This document shows, in pieces, positions 27,643-42,929 of a stretch of DNA of 64,000 bases; positions within the stretch are counted from its first letter, which is position 1, and every line of letters starts with the position of its first letter. The notes beneath the pieces are model-generated. The model saw only the letters and a program-made list of their open reading frames with translations, was not told the DNA's origin and ran no database searches. The position numbers and the translations under genes were made by a program. Origin of the DNA: Dictyostelium discoideum (taxonomy: Eukaryota); contig CM000153.2 of NCBI GenBank assembly GCA_000004695.1, positions 1,152,001 to 1,216,000 of the forward strand, written 5' to 3'.

Positions 27643-28564
27643 TGCATAAAAATGTTTTATTTATTTTTTTTATTTTTTTTTTATTTTTTTATTATATGTA
27701 TATATATATTAAATATAATATATATATATATATATGTTATATATAAATATTTTTAAAATTATAAACAACCAACATATATTTTTATTTTATAATTATTTGT
27801 TATTTTTATGTTTTTTTATTTATTTTTTTATTTTTTTATTTTAATATTATTATAGTATTTAATTTTGATTAAAAAAGTTGGTAGAAAATAAATAAATAAA
27901 TAAATAAATAGGAAATAAATAAATTAATTAAAGAGAAAATGAGAAAAAAAAAAAAAAAAAAAAATTATTTAAAAATAAAAAAATTTTAAAAAAAAAAAAA
28001 AAAAAAAAACTTAAAAAAAAAACAAAAAAAAAAAAAAAAAAAAATTATTATTAAAAATTTAAAAAAAAAAATTAATAAAGGGTTTTTAATTTCAAATAAT
28101 ATTGGAATCTTAAATTTTTGGATTATATCGAATGTTTTTCAGAGTTTAAATAACTTTTTTTTTTTATTTTTTATTTATTTTTTTTTTTAACAATGATTTA
28201 ATTTTTTTATTTTAAATCAATTTTTATTTTTGGAATTTAATTATTAAACATTATAATAAATCAAAAAAATTAATGAATTTAATCTGGATTAATTGTTTTT
28301 TTTTTTTTTTATTTTAATTTTATTTTTCAAAATATCTTTCATCTATTTTTATTATCACAGCACAAGAAAATATCACATTTTAATAGCATTATCCGAAAGT
28401 TTTTATGAATTATTTTTTTTTAATTTTTTAATTTTTCAACTTTTTAAAAATATTTTTTTCTTTTTTTATTTTTTAATTTTTTTTTTATTTTATTTTTTTT
28501 CATTGTAATAAAATTTTCAAAGCCTTAAAAACAGGTTGATTTTTATGTTTTTAACAGCACAAAA

Positions 28565-29635
28565 ATGACAAATCAATCGAATTGCCAAAATTGTGATTGT
28601 AAAACATTTGACCCCAACCCTTTTAAACCATTATACTGTTCAATATGTCTCCATAATCATAAAGTGAAGAATGCAAATGTTTCAGTGAATGCGACATCAA
28701 CATCAACATCGGCAGCACCACCAAAATCAAGCTCCACTAATAATAAAGGCGCAACAATTAGTGGTTCACCATCAACATCATCATCCTCTTTAAATCAACA
28801 ACAAAAGAGTAAACCATTACCACCAAAAACTCCTTCAAAATCACCATCAAGTCCAAATTTAACTTCTTCTTCTCCTTCTTCTTCTTCAAGTGGTGGGGGT
28901 GGTGGCAGTGGTGGTAGTACAGCAGTAAAAAAGAGACCAGATGCTCAAAACTTTTCAAAACAATCCTCTTCATCCTCATCATCATCATCATCATCATCAT
29001 CATCAAGTCCTTCAGCAACATCACCAAAAACTTCATCAGGTTCATCATCATCATCCAAATCATCAGGATCATCATTTATGAGTAAAATTGGATCATTTAA
29101 AGATGCAGTAACAGATAAAGTAAATACATTAAAAGAGAGTACTTTTTCATCTTCGTCGTCATCATCTAGTGAACCAGAGGTTAAAGGATATGAAATTTCA
29201 GGGCCAACCGATTATAAACATAATACTCATATTGGTATTACAGAGAATGGTGGTATTTCAACTAGAAATATTCCAGAAGAATGGAAACAAACTTTCCAAA
29301 AAGTTGATCAAGCATTAAAACAAAATGGTAAAAGAGGTATTACAAAGAAAGAAGCAACATTCATTTTAAACGCTGTATTAAGTGGTCAAACACCAAGTCC
29401 AAATGTTTCATTAAGAACTACACCAGTTGCAACCTCTGCAAATGCACCTGCTTTACCACCAAAACCAAATGCTAATAATAAACCATTACCATCTGCTCCA
29501 AAAACTATACCATCGGCATCACCATCAATTTCTTCAACTACTACTACCACTACTTCAACCTCATCCTATAATAGTAGTGTAAAATCTACACCATCATCAT
29601 CTGTATCATCATCTGTATCATCATATTCATCTTCT

Positions 29636-29680
<45 letters not shown>

Positions 29681-31282
29681 TATAATAAGAATACAACTTC
29701 ATCATCATATAATAATGGTGAAATTGAAAAATTAAGAGATAAAATTAAACAATTAGAAAATAAATTAGCAAATGAAGAAAAAGAACATAATTTATTATTA
29801 ACTAAATATAAAACATTAGAATCGAAATATACTGGTGGAGAAACCAATCAAAATCAAGCAGTTAATGAAGCAAAAACTGCTAAAACCAAATTGGAACAAT
29901 TAGAACGTGAACATAGTTCATTATTGAATAAGATAAAGGTATTGGAGACTAATAATCAATTGGTTCAAAATGAGAATAAGAATCAAGAGAATGAATTATC
30001 AAATTTAAAGAAATCCATATTAGATTCTAAAAAGAATATGGATGCCGATAAGGGACCATTGATTGAAAAGATTTCAACATTGGAGTCGAAATTAAAGGAT
30101 TCCGAATTTGAAAAGAGATCAATTCAATCAAAGGACCAAGAACTTGAGAAAAAGCTAAAGGAACTAACTAACCAATCCAAAGAATCTGAACAACAATCAT
30201 TTGAATACCAAGTGAAGATTAAAGAATTATCAAGTCAATTGGACTCCCTAAAAGAGGCATTGTCAAATAATAAAGATTTGTCATCAAAGATTCAAGAGAT
30301 TTCAAATCAATTCCAACAAAAAGAAAAGGAGTTGAAAGAAAGCTATGAGAAACAGTACAACCAAAGATTGAATAACCAAAAGCTTGAAATTGATCAACTC
30401 TCTAGCACCCTCTCAAAGGAACAACAGAAATCGAATAAATTTGAAATGGAATTAACCTCTAAGCAAAGGGACTTTGAATCAACTCAAAAACAAAGAGACG
30501 AATTTAAATTGCAATTTAGTAAATCTCAATCTCAATCCGATCAATTACAATCAACAATCGATCAATTGGAGAATCAACTTAAACAAATTAAACTCTCACA
30601 AGCTCAATCTCAAAATATTTTAGATTCTAATAATAAACAACAATCGGATCAATTGAAATCATTATCTGATTCAAATAATAAATTAATTAAAAAGAATGAA
30701 GAATTAGAATCGATCATTGATAAATCAAGAAAGGATTCAATTGATATCAAAGGTAATTATGAACAAAAGATTGTTGAATTAGAATCTAAAATTAAAATCT
30801 CTCAAAATGAATCAAATAATCAACATGATCAAAAATTATTTGATCTTCAAAATAAATTTAAATCTGAAAAAGATGATTTATTATTAAAAATTAAACAATT
30901 ACAAGATCAATTATCAACAACAACAACAACAACAACAAAACATCAATCACATTCTTCTTCTTCTTCAGCTGTTCCTGCTGCTACTACTACCTCTACTTCT
31001 ACTCCATCATCACCACCACCTCCACCACCTGTTGCACCACCACCTCCACCATCTTCATTCAAACAACCTTCATCAGATACTTCTAGAAATAATTTATTGG
31101 AATCAATTCGTCAACCAAAAGAATTGAAAAAAGTTACTGAAGCTGATATGACTCACAATAATCAACAAGAAGATGATGGCTCAATGGTAAATATATTAGT
31201 TAGAGCTCTCATTGATAGAAGACAAAATATGAATGAAGACGATTACGATGATGAAGATGAGGAAGTTGCTTGGGATGATTAA
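28565..31282 (+). CDS. CRIB-domain, coiled-coil, proline-rich, WH2-central-acidic (VCA) protein; WASP-family-like nucleation-promoting factor lacking a WH1/EVH1 domain; single exon
   Basis: It is an uninterrupted 905-codon ORF. The N-terminus is Cys/His-rich (CQNCDCKTF...YCSICLHNH) and is followed by S-rich low complexity. A CRIB/PBD consensus is present (EISGPTDYKHNTHIGITENGG, ISxPxxFxHxxHVG). About 400 aa of heptad-like coiled coil follows (KLANEEKEHNLLLTKYKTLESK...). Then come poly-Pro (SSPPPPPPVAPPPPPS), a WH2 motif (RNNLLESIRQPKELKKV), a central/connector-like helix (GSMVNILVRALIDRRQNM) and an acidic tail with Trp (DDYDDEDEEVAWDD*). Confidence 0.8.
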
Positions 31283-31307
31283 ACCTCTTAAAAAAAAAAT
31301 CAAAGAT

Positions 31308-31342
<35 letters not shown>

Positions 31343-31399
31343 ATTTATTTAATTAATTTATTTATTTATTTATTTATTTACCAATGTACTTGTGTAATA

Positions 31400-31577
31400 T
31401 TAAACAAAAAATTTAAAATAAAATGCTACCATTAAAACTAAAACTGAAATTATAATAATTAAATATGAATTATTAGTTTGTTTTGTTTGTTGCTGTGATG
31501 TTGATTTTGTTAGATTGGATTGAGTATCTTTATTTTCTTTAATTTCATTATTTTCTTTTTTATTTGATAGTTTACTA

Positions 31578-31636
<59 letters not shown>

Positions 31637-32878
31637 TTTTGAAGATTCAATTGAATTGATTTTTGGAGAAGTAATTTGTAATAAATCATTAATTATTTTA
31701 TAACAATCATCAATTGTTCCATTTGAAGATAAATAATCACAAATTGATATTTTATTTGATAACCATTGGATATTCACTCTTCTTGGTAATTCTAAAATTG
31801 GTGATTCTTTTGAAAGTTTTATATTATCTTGATCATTATCATTATTATTATTATTACTTGAAATTTCATTAAATAATAAATCAAATCTTGATTCTACTGA
31901 TTTAATGATATCTTTTTTAATAAATTTAAATGCAGTTTTAATTTGTTCAAGTTGATGAATATAAGCAATACAATGAGTATTGTTATTATTATTAAAATTA
32001 AATTCAAGTGATGAAGTTGAAATTGAATCTAATTGATTTATTAATAAATCAATATTTAATTTTGATTTTGATTTAAATTGTTGTGATATTATTTCATTAC
32101 CACTAACAAATTCATTTTCAATTAATAGAGTCGATTCTTTAAATAATTGATTTTCAAAAATTTCTATAATATCTTTTTTAAGATTTTCAAATGATATCAT
32201 TCCATTTTTAGATTTTAATTTTATATCAATTGGTAAAATACAATGTAATGATAAAAATTCATTTTCTAAATTATTAATAACTTTAATTTCTGTTGATTTT
32301 AATCTATACTAATGATATTGTTAATAAAAAAATTATAATTATTAGTATTGGTATGGAGTGGGTGTTGTTAAAAAGAAATTATAATATTTTATTTTTTTTT
32401 TTTTTTTTTTACTTACTAGCTGAGTTGAATTTGTTGCTTTACCATTAATTAAACCAGTTTTTTTAGAATATGAAATGAATTGAAGTGATTTGGAGTTTAT
32501 AATTGTATGAATTGATTTTAAGAGTTTCATTATGAATGATTCATTATTTTTTTCATTTAAAGTATCTGAATCTGGTATAATCATATAAATACCAACTATA
32601 TCAATTCCACCATACAACATTATATTAACTTGATGACAATACTCTAATATCCATTCTTTATCAATTGATGAAATTGAATCAATATTAATTGGTTTATTAT
32701 TATTATCATCATCTGTATTACTAATATTTAATGGTGTTGGAAATAATCCTAAAACAAAAGTTTGTTGTTCACTAATTTCACTTTCTTGACCAATTAATAA
32801 ACCAATTTCAATATGTGATTGCTCTAATTTGTTTGATCTTTCTTCAAGTGTGATCTTAATATTTGAATTTATAATCAT
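31400..32878 (-). CDS. ODR-4-like tail-anchored membrane protein; CDS join(32878..32417,32308..31400)
   Basis: Exon 1 reads MIINSNIKITLEER...IGLLIGQESEISEQQTFVLGLFPTP...KEWILEYCHQVNIMLYGGIDIVGIYMII...INGKATNSTQL and ends at a GTAAGT donor at 32416. Exon 2 follows CATTAG (32309) and reads YRLKSTEIKV...MISFENLKK...LELPRRVNIQWLSNKISICDYLSSNGTIDDC...poly-N...NNSYLIIIISVLVLMVAFYFKFFV*, a C-terminal TM tail anchor. Motifs GLLIGQ, EWxxEHxxQVxxMLxGG and VLPxRVxxxLxxxxxxCDY parallel human ODR4. About 456 aa. Confidence 0.6.
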
Positions 32879-33328
32879 ATTTAATATCTATTTGTAAGTA
32901 ATTAATTTTAATTTTTGGGAAAAATGAAAAAAAAACTTTTTTTTTTTTTATTTTTATTTTTTTTTTTGTTTTTTTTTTTTTTTTTTTTTATTTTTTTTAT
33001 TTATGGGAATCCAAGCTTTTTTATCCCTTTATAGGAAAAGTTAAAATTGGAATTATTTTAATTAATAATTGAACTTGTCAATAATAAAGATAAAATTAAT
33101 TAAGGTAATCACATATTTTAGGTGAATAAAAAAAATGGATTTATAAAATATTGTATAAGTACGATGAGGAATTAATATTAAACAATTCTAAAAATAGAAT
33201 TTTAAAAACAATAATTGTAATTACAATTATTATTATTTCCTAATTTAAAGATAGGAATTTTTTTATTTTTAAATATATATTTTATTTTTTATTTTTTATT
33301 TTTTATATATTTGGTTAATTTTGATTTA

Positions 33329-34423
<1,095 letters not shown>

Positions 34424-35327
34424 TTTTGTTTGTTTGTTTATTTTTTAAAAAAAAATTCTTTTTTTTTTTTTTTTTAATTTGTATGTGAAAATATTTGTTT
34501 TTTTTTTTTTTTTTTTTTAATTTGTATGTTTTATAATAAAATTTTACAAATTTCTTTTTTTTTTTTTGACAAACAAAAACCAAATATTATGTAGGTATAA
34601 GTTTATTATTTATTATTATTATTATTGTTATTTGTGTGTTGCTTTAAAAATACAAATAGATTGGAACATATGATATTTTAACGTTTAATATAAAAAAAAA
34701 AAAAAAAATGAAATTTTTTTTTTTTTTTTTTTTAATTTTTTTTTTTTTTTTTTTTTTTTGCATATTTGTATTTTTTGATGTGGCAATTTGTTTTATCCCA
34801 AACAATTATTTTTTAATTTGTTTTATTTTTTTTTTTAATTTGTTTTATTTTTTTATTTTTTTTTAAATTTTTAAGAAATCTAAAATTTTTTTTTACGATC
34901 CAATGAAAATTAATAATTTAATGGGCATAAAAAAAAAAACTAAACATCCATTTTCGTTTTTAGTCAAAAATAAAAAACAATATAAATAAAAAAAACTAAA
35001 TAAATATCCATTTTCATTTTTAATCAAAAATCAAAAATTTAAAAAAATGAAAAAAAAATAAAAAAATTAGATATAAATCTTTATAGGTTAACATCAATTA
35101 ATTATTTTATTAGAGCGATCAATGGTATGAATTTTTTTGAAATTTAAAAAGAAAAAAAAAAAAAAAAAAAGATATCTTTTTTTTGACAATAAAAAAATAA
35201 ATAATAAAAATAGATATGGATTTTTAAAATTAAGTCCATATATAGATTTATTTTTTTTTAAATTAAAATAAAAAAAATAAAAAAATAATAAAATTTTGAA
35301 ACAGATAATAGATACTGACTTTATTAT

Positions 35328-37092
35328 TTATTTTTTAGAAGTTATTGATTTTAATTTTGTGCCAACTGAGATTTTCTTTAATTTTAGGAAAATTGAAATT
35401 CTTTCTTTTTTTACATAGAGTGTAACAGCTACAGCTGCAATAGCAACTGCACCAATTATTGGACCAGCTACCCAGGCTTTACTAGTGATTGGTTTTGATT
35501 CATTATTATCACCATCACCATCACCACCATCAGATGGGGTACATGATCTTAATAATAATGAAAACTTTGAAGAGGAAGAAGATGTTGATATGCAATCATT
35601 TGATAAAACCTTTTCAGTATTACTTGATTTATCATACGATTTAAATATAATTTTATCCAACCCCAATGTATTTTTATTATTTTGGTTTGTTGTTGGTGTT
35701 GGTGTTGTTGATGAATCACTACTACTACTACCATCAATTAAAGTATTAAAAGAAATTAAATCAATTTTTGATGTGAAATTATTATTTGAATATTGTTTTA
35801 AAATTGTCTGTAAAAATTCAATATTAATTTTAATTTCTACTAAACCACCATTAATGTAAAATTCATTTAAAATTTCAATAAAAGAGAAATCATTTTCATT
35901 CTCAACATTAAAGATTATTGTTGCATTTGAATCATGTTTATAATTTCCAGAGATTTTAAATTTATTTATAATTGATGTATTTGAATCACCAATTGTTGCA
36001 GCTGAATTTGAAACATTACCAATGAATGAACCATTACCAATAATTGAACCACCTTGGAATTGAATTATTGATTTACTAAACATTGAACCACCTTTTTCCA
36101 TTGAAAATAAACCACCAATTTCTTGTTTAAATTTTTCAATTTCAACTTGATTTTTACCAATTATTAATTTACCACTACTATTCATTTCTACTTGAACTTT
36201 TGAATCATTTATAAATTTAAATGAACCTTGATTTTGGAGAGATTGTAATTCATCATTTTTATCATCATTATCATCATTATTATTATTATTATTATTATCT
36301 GATAAAATATCAGAAGATAAAATGAATTCATTATCATTTTTAATTGTTGAACCTGGTGATAAATGAATTTGACCACCTGATATAACTTTTCCACCATTTT
36401 TCATAGTTGTACCTTTTAATGTAATACTTGTATTTTCCAATGTAATAAATTGACCCATTTCAATTAAAATATTACAAAAGTTACAAACAAATGTTGAATT
36501 CTCTTTAATTGTTAAATTACCTGTAACAACTGTAATCTCTAAATTCTCACCAAAGAAATTACCTTTAATTTCCATAGTTCTATAAACTATGAATGTACTA
36601 TTAATTGAACTAAATGAACCAAATGAATAATAGTAATTTCTAATTGCAACTAATGAATTTTCAATAAACAAATTTGGTGCTTCACAAAAGAAAGAACCAT
36701 CTGAAAATATATTTAAAACTGTATTGTTAAATGTAATTGGTGCATTAGTTGACATAATCACATAATTACCAATATTGATTGAACTATTGTCCGAGTGGAA
36801 GCTAGTATTTGTAAATGCTCCAAAATAACCAAATACATATAATGTTGAGTTTTTAATATCCAAAATACTTGAATTTGTCATAAATAAATTACCTCTCATT
36901 TGAAATATTGAATTTTCAATTGAAACATATGAAAAATGTTTTGTATAAAAATCTGCATCTTGAATTATTAAATTTGAATTATTAACTAAAATACTTGAAT
37001 TATCTCTTAAATCAATTGGTCCTTCAATTGCAAATGTTGAATTATTAATTATCTCAATTTTACTTTTATCCTATTTTTAAAAAATAAATTAA

Positions 37093-37126
<34 letters not shown>

Positions 37127-37997
37127 CCCAACCAAAACTTACTAATAAAATACAAAATGTTTGAACACTTAAATCACTTATACCAACAACATAATAAGAT
37201 TCATCAATTTGTAATAGAGATGAACCAGACATAGTTAATTTTGTATCATTTGAAACTATAGAACTATTAAATACTAATAATTTTGAATTTTCCTTTTAAT
37301 TTTCTTAAAATATTAGTATATATATATATATATAATTATTATAATTATTAATTTCTTTTATTTTAAAATATTTTTAATACATACAGCTAACCTAATATAT
37401 GAATTAAATGCAGTTAAAAGACTCTTTTTTGAAAGATTAATTACAGAATTATATTTAATATTAAAAAAATAATTTGATAAAATTAATTGTGAATCAATAA
37501 CATTAAATTCATTAGAGCTCTAATTTTTTTTTTAAAAAAATTAATAAAGTAGTTAGTAATTTTATTTAAATAAAAAATTTCCACTTTTTTTTTAAAAAAT
37601 GTGAACACACTTACACCTAACGAATTATACATTAATAAACCATGTGTATCATTTAATAAAAAGTACATAACTGAATCAGTTAATGTAAAATTAGCTCCTT
37701 CACTTAATTCAACATAATTATATGAAACTAATGTTGAATGTTGAATATCTATTATTGAATCTCCATTAAAAACTGTAAATCCATGTATTTCTAATTTTTT
37801 AATTGAATAAAATTCCAATTTGGCTTGATTTATTACCCAAAAATTACCATAAATGTAAAAATCATCCAATTGAATTAAAAATGTTAATGAACCTGGATCT
37901 GATGTAAAGAATGAACTATAAAATGCAAGTGGAGCAATAACATTATTATAAAAATCATATCTATTAATTACATCTTTATAAAAAATAACTCCATAAT

Positions 37998-38065
<68 letters not shown>

Positions 38066-38669
38066 ATATGTTAGAATGAAATATAAAAAATAATAATTAT
38101 AATAATTTTGAAATTTATTTATATCTTACATAAAGAAAAAGCTCCAAAATTTTCAACAGTTGCATTGAAATAAGTTGGACCTCTAATTTCCGTAATATAG
38201 GTATTATTGTAAATTAATGCTGTAATGTTATTATAAATTACAAATTCACCATAATAATTGAAAATTATATCTTTACATGTTAAAGGTCCTTTTACCTATA
38301 AATTATAAATTAAAAATTAAAAATTATTACAATAAATTAGCTTTTCAATATTTTGTATTAATTTTTTTAAAAAAAGACTAAAATACTAACTTTGATATAA
38401 CCAAAATTATTGGTCAAAGCATACATTGATATTGGATCATTAATTGTAAGATTATCATAAGTAATTCCGTCAACAACTACATTACTTTCAATTGTTGGAA
38501 CTCCATTTGGGTCCCAATTTTGAGGGTTTTCAGCATCACCATTACCAACTCCAGATATACTAATCCACTCTTTTAAAAATGGTTGTGAATTAACAAAACT
38601 ATTTTTTAAAATAAAAATACAAATTAAAATAAATAAAAAGAAATAAGTATTATTTCCTTCTTTTTTCAT
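35328..38669 (-). CDS. large N-glycosylation-site-rich type I membrane glycoprotein (signal peptide, repetitive beta-rich ectodomain, C-terminal TM); CDS join(38669..38391,38295..38130,37997..37615,37519..37385,37292..37143,37070..35328)
   Basis: Exon 1 is MKKEGNNTYFFLFILICIFILKNSFVNSQ..., a signal peptide, ending ...FGYIK at a GTTAGT donor. Five more exons join with consistent phases at GTAAGA/GTAAGT/GTATGT donors and T-rich...AG acceptors. The last 1.74-kb exon ends with the TM AWVAGPIIGAVAIAAVAVTLYVKKERIS...*. There are many NxS/T sequons and F/N/S/I-rich repeats. About 951 aa. No specific family was recognised. Confidence 0.65.
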
Positions 38670-39438
38670 TTTTTTTTTTTTTTGTTTGTTTTTTTTTTAT
38701 GATATTTTTTTTTTTTTTATAGTTTTTTTTAGTTTTTTCGCATGAGAATTTTAGAAAACCAACTTTTTTTTTTTTTTTATTTTTTCGCATGAGAAAAACT
38801 AAAAAAAAATAAAAGTTGGTTTTTCTAAAAAAATAAAAAAGATATTTTCAATTGATTGGAAATTTTAATTTTTTTTTAAAAATTTTTCTAAAAATAAACT
38901 GGGATTTTTCAAGTTTTTATGCAAATTTCAAAAGATAATTATTTAATTTTTTTTTTTTATTTTTATAAAAAAAAAAAAAGAGGATCCAGTGTAAAAATAA
39001 AAAAAAACACCAGCGAACTTTAAAGATTATTATTTATTTTTTATTTTTTATTTTTTGTAAATAATAGAAATTTAATATTAAAAGTGATGTTTTAAATAAA
39101 ATATTCCATAAAAAAAAAAAAAAAAAAAAACCATTTAAAAAAAAATCATTTAAAAAAAAAAAAAAAAGAAATTCTTTGGGTTTATTTCTTGATTTTTTGA
39201 TAATAATTAACTTTCAAATCTGGAGTAATCACATTGTTGTTTGTTGAAAATTCATATTGAAAAAAATTCTTAAAAAAAAAAAAATAAAAAATAAAAAAAA
39301 AAAAAAAAATAAAAAAAAAAAAATAAAAAAAAAAAAAAAAAAATTCGAAATGAAATTCATTTTTTTTTGAAAATCTCACACACATACATACAGATACATT
39401 TATATATTTATTTATTGTTATTATTATTAAATTATATA

Positions 39439-40760
39439 ATGTTTTCAACATCAACAACTACAAACCCAAATAATGATATTGAATTATCAAGTCCACCAAG
39501 TGATGGTGTATCTTGTTTAAAATTCTCACCAAAAGCAAACAATTTTATAGTAGCAGGTTCATGGGATCAAAAAGTTAGATGTTGGGAAATAAATCCATCA
39601 ACAAAATCATCAATGCCAAAAGCAATCATAAGTCATGATGCTGCAATTTTATGTACAGATTGGAGTGGTGTAAGTTTATTTTAAAAAATAAAAATATCAA
39701 ATAAAATAATAATAACTAATAATAATAATAATATTTTTTTTTAAATTTTTAGGATGGTACAAAAGTATTTACAGGTGGTGTTGATGGTAAAGGAAAATGT
39801 TGGAATTTAGCAACTAATCAAATGGTACAAGTAGCACAACATACAGCACCAATTAAAGAATGTTTTTGGATTGAAGAGAGTAATGTATTAGTTACAGCAT
39901 CATGGGATAAAACATTGAAATATTGGGATACAAGACAACAAACGGGTACACCTGTTTTATCATTAGAATTAACTGAAAGAATATATGCAATGGATATGTT
40001 ATACCCATTATTAGCAGTTGCAACAGCAGATAAAAAAATTTATATTTATGATCTTAAAAATCCACAATCACCTTATAAAACTGTAGACTCATTATTAAAA
40101 TTTCAAACAAGATGTATATCTTGTTTCCCCGATAAAAGTGGTTTCGCTTTAGGTTCAATTGAAGGTAGAGTTGCAATTCAATCTTTAGATGATTCAAAAC
40201 AAGAGTAAGTTTTAAAAATTTTAAGAAAATATATAAAAAATTTAAAAGAAAATAACAAAGAATGATATTAATTATACCCTTCTTCTTCTTATTCTTTTTC
40301 TCTTTTTCATCACCCTTTACTTAAATAAATAAAATATATTTTATTTTTGGATAATTTATTATTATTATTATTATTATTTGGGATGATTTTATAAAAAAAA
40401 AAAAAAAAAAATAGAAATTCATTTACATTTAAATGTCATAGAGAAAATGATACAGTAGCATATGCAGTTAATAATATTTCATTTGCATTACCATATGGTA
40501 CATTCGCAACAGCAGGTTCTGATGGTGGTTTCAGTTTTTGGGATAAAGAATCCAAATTTAGATTAAAACAATTTTCAAAATTACCACAATCAATTTCAAC
40601 AGCAACTTTCAATCTTGATGCTTCTTTATATGCTTATGCATCATCTTATGATTGGAGTAAAGGTAGTCAATATTTTGATCCAAATCAACCAAATTCAATT
40701 TTCGTTCGTGTGGTTGGTGATGAAGCAAAAAAAGGAAATAGACAAACTAAAAAGAGATAA
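39439..40760 (+). CDS. rae1: mRNA export factor Rae1/Gle2 (WD40 repeat); CDS join(39439..39669,39753..40204,40415..40760)
   Basis: The protein reads MFSTSTTTNPNNDIELSSPPSDGVSCLKFSPKANNFIVAGSWDQKVRCWEI...DWSG|DGTKVFTGGVDGKGKCWNLATNQMVQVAQHTAPIKECFWI...SWDKTLKYWDTR...GFALGSIEGRVAIQ...|NSFTFKCHREND...GSDGGFSFWDKESKFRLK...YASSYDWSKG...*. It is nearly colinear with human RAE1 (SSPPDDSIGCLSFSP...NFLIAGSWANDVRCWEV...GSWDKTLKFWDTR...GFALGSIEGRVAIHY...DNFTFKCHR...GSDGRFSFWDKDARTKLK...YASSYDWSKG). Donors are GTAAGT at 39670 and 40205. About 342 aa. Confidence 0.85.
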
Positions 40761-40877
40761 ATAAAAATAAAAATTAATAAAAAAAAAAAAAAATAATAAT
40801 AACAACAATCAATACAAATAGTACAATGCAAATAATACAGACTTCAAATGAATATTTAATGTAATCATCCAAGAAAT

Positions 40878-40910
<33 letters not shown>

Positions 40911-40980
40911 CTAATAAAATATAAAAGAATAATAATAATCTTTTTTCTTTTTTTTTATGTAAAGTTACAGAGTGTTTTTT

Positions 40981-41011
<31 letters not shown>

Positions 41012-41105
41012 TAATCAATTAACAAATAAAAAAAAAAAAAAAAAAAAAAATATCTTTTTCTTTTTTTTTTTTTTTTTCTTTTTTTCTTTTTTTTTTTTAT
41101 TTATT

Positions 41106-42626
41106 TTAAGAAGTATATTTAATTCTCATTCTAACAGCAAGATTACCTGGAAGTGCTGGATCAGTGATTGTAATTTCATCATCTTCTTGAACATTTAATT
41201 CTGATAAAGTTTTTTCAAGATTTGGAACAGTTGATTGATGAAGGAGTCCTTGCATATAAAGGTTTCTACCATTTGAACGAAGTGATGGTTTTTTAAATTG
41301 GAAACGAGAATCGGTTGTAATCTTTTCGAGAAAAGTAGAGAGTGTATTTGATTTATCGATTTCAAATGTTACCAAATTTGTACCACAAACTGCACAACCT
41401 TCCTTAATTTCGTATTCAAATGTGAATGTGTAAACACCATTCAAACCATTATACATCATATAGTTATTTAAATAACCACTACTATCGGTACAAAATTTAA
41501 AAACTTCATTACAACATGCTGCTGCAATGATTGCATTGGTTGATGCAATTGCTGGAATAATATTTTTAGCAACACCTTGAGTTAATTTGTATGTGACACC
41601 ATTAATATTGAATTTTTCAGCTCTCTTTTTTGCACATTCAAATAACCAATTCATATGATCTGGATTATCATTATCAAATTGTTCTTTTTATAAAAAATAA
41701 AAAAAATAAATTATATATATATTATATTTTATTAATATTTTTTATTTTTTTAAATATGTTATTAATTATTATTATATTATTAAACTTACTTGGATCAAAT
41801 GGTTTTTCAAGAGTGGCATCTTGAAGTCCAAATAATAAAGCCCATTGAATACAATGTTCTGGTACACGTGGAGTATTTGCAATTGTACATATAGCATAAG
41901 AAACTTGTGGTGGGAAAGCATCCAATGAACATTCAAAACATGAAGAAATCTTTGGAAGAATTACTCTTGCTTGACCTTTGAAACCCTCTGTACCACCATC
42001 AACCAATGGAATGATTGTATCTGGTTCAATATCACCACTATCATTTACAACAACTAAATTAACTAATAAACCATTAATCCATCTTCTTGCTTCTATTGAA
42101 TCTAAACCTGCAATAACAATTTTAAATTGTCTATAATAATCTTCATCTTTATCTTGAATTCTACATTTATGTCTTTTAAAAATAAAATAAAATAAATAAA
42201 ATTAATAAATTATAAAATTAAATAAAAAAAAATAAAAAAAATTTATTTTACTTACGGAGTTACATTACAACCAGTAATTCTTGAATTAATAAAAGCTGCA
42301 GCAACTTCAGCTTTTGATTTTCCAACATCCTTTCTTCTGAAAAGGAATTGTCTATTTAAATTTGAAATATCAATTGTATCCATATCGATAACATCGATAT
42401 TTCTGAAACCAGATAAAGCAAGATTCTTTAAGATTTCACAACCTAAACCACCAGCACCAATAACTAATACCTTGAAATCATTTTGTAAACCATTCATAAT
42501 ATTTGGTGATGCTTTTGTATCTGGTTCAAAACTTGGTGAAGCAAATGGACCTGTTCTCTTTATAATCTTTTCAATATCTATCCATCTACCTGGTAAATCA
42601 ACTGAAGTATCCATTGTTTCCATCAT
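41106..42626 (-). CDS. uba3: NEDD8-activating enzyme E1 catalytic subunit (UBA3); CDS join(42626..42256,42172..41790,41683..41106)
   Basis: Exon 1 reads ...[74 protein letters not shown] and matches human UBA3 ([63 protein letters not shown]), with a GTAAGT donor. Exon 2 reads [16 protein letters not shown]...[57 protein letters not shown]...PFDP, carrying the catalytic Cys in LDAFPP context. Exon 3 reads [63 protein letters not shown]...MRIKYTS*. Phases are consistent. About 444 aa. Confidence 0.85.
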
Positions 42627-42929
42627 TAATATTTTATTTATCTAATTAAATTATTTATTTGTATATATATATAAATAAATAATCTTAATAAATTCCAAAA
42701 ATTAAAAAAATTAGAAAAAAAAAAAAAAAAAATTAAAAAAAAAAAAAAAAAAAAATGATATTTTTGAAATTAAAAAAAAGAAAAAATAAAAAAAAAAAAA
42801 AAAAAAATAAAATTAATTGTTTTTTTTTTTTCCTTTATTATATTTTTAAATAATTCATTGAAAAATCCTAATTGGAAGATCACCTTTATTTATATTTTTT
42901 ATTATTAATTTTTTTTTTTTTTTTTTTTT

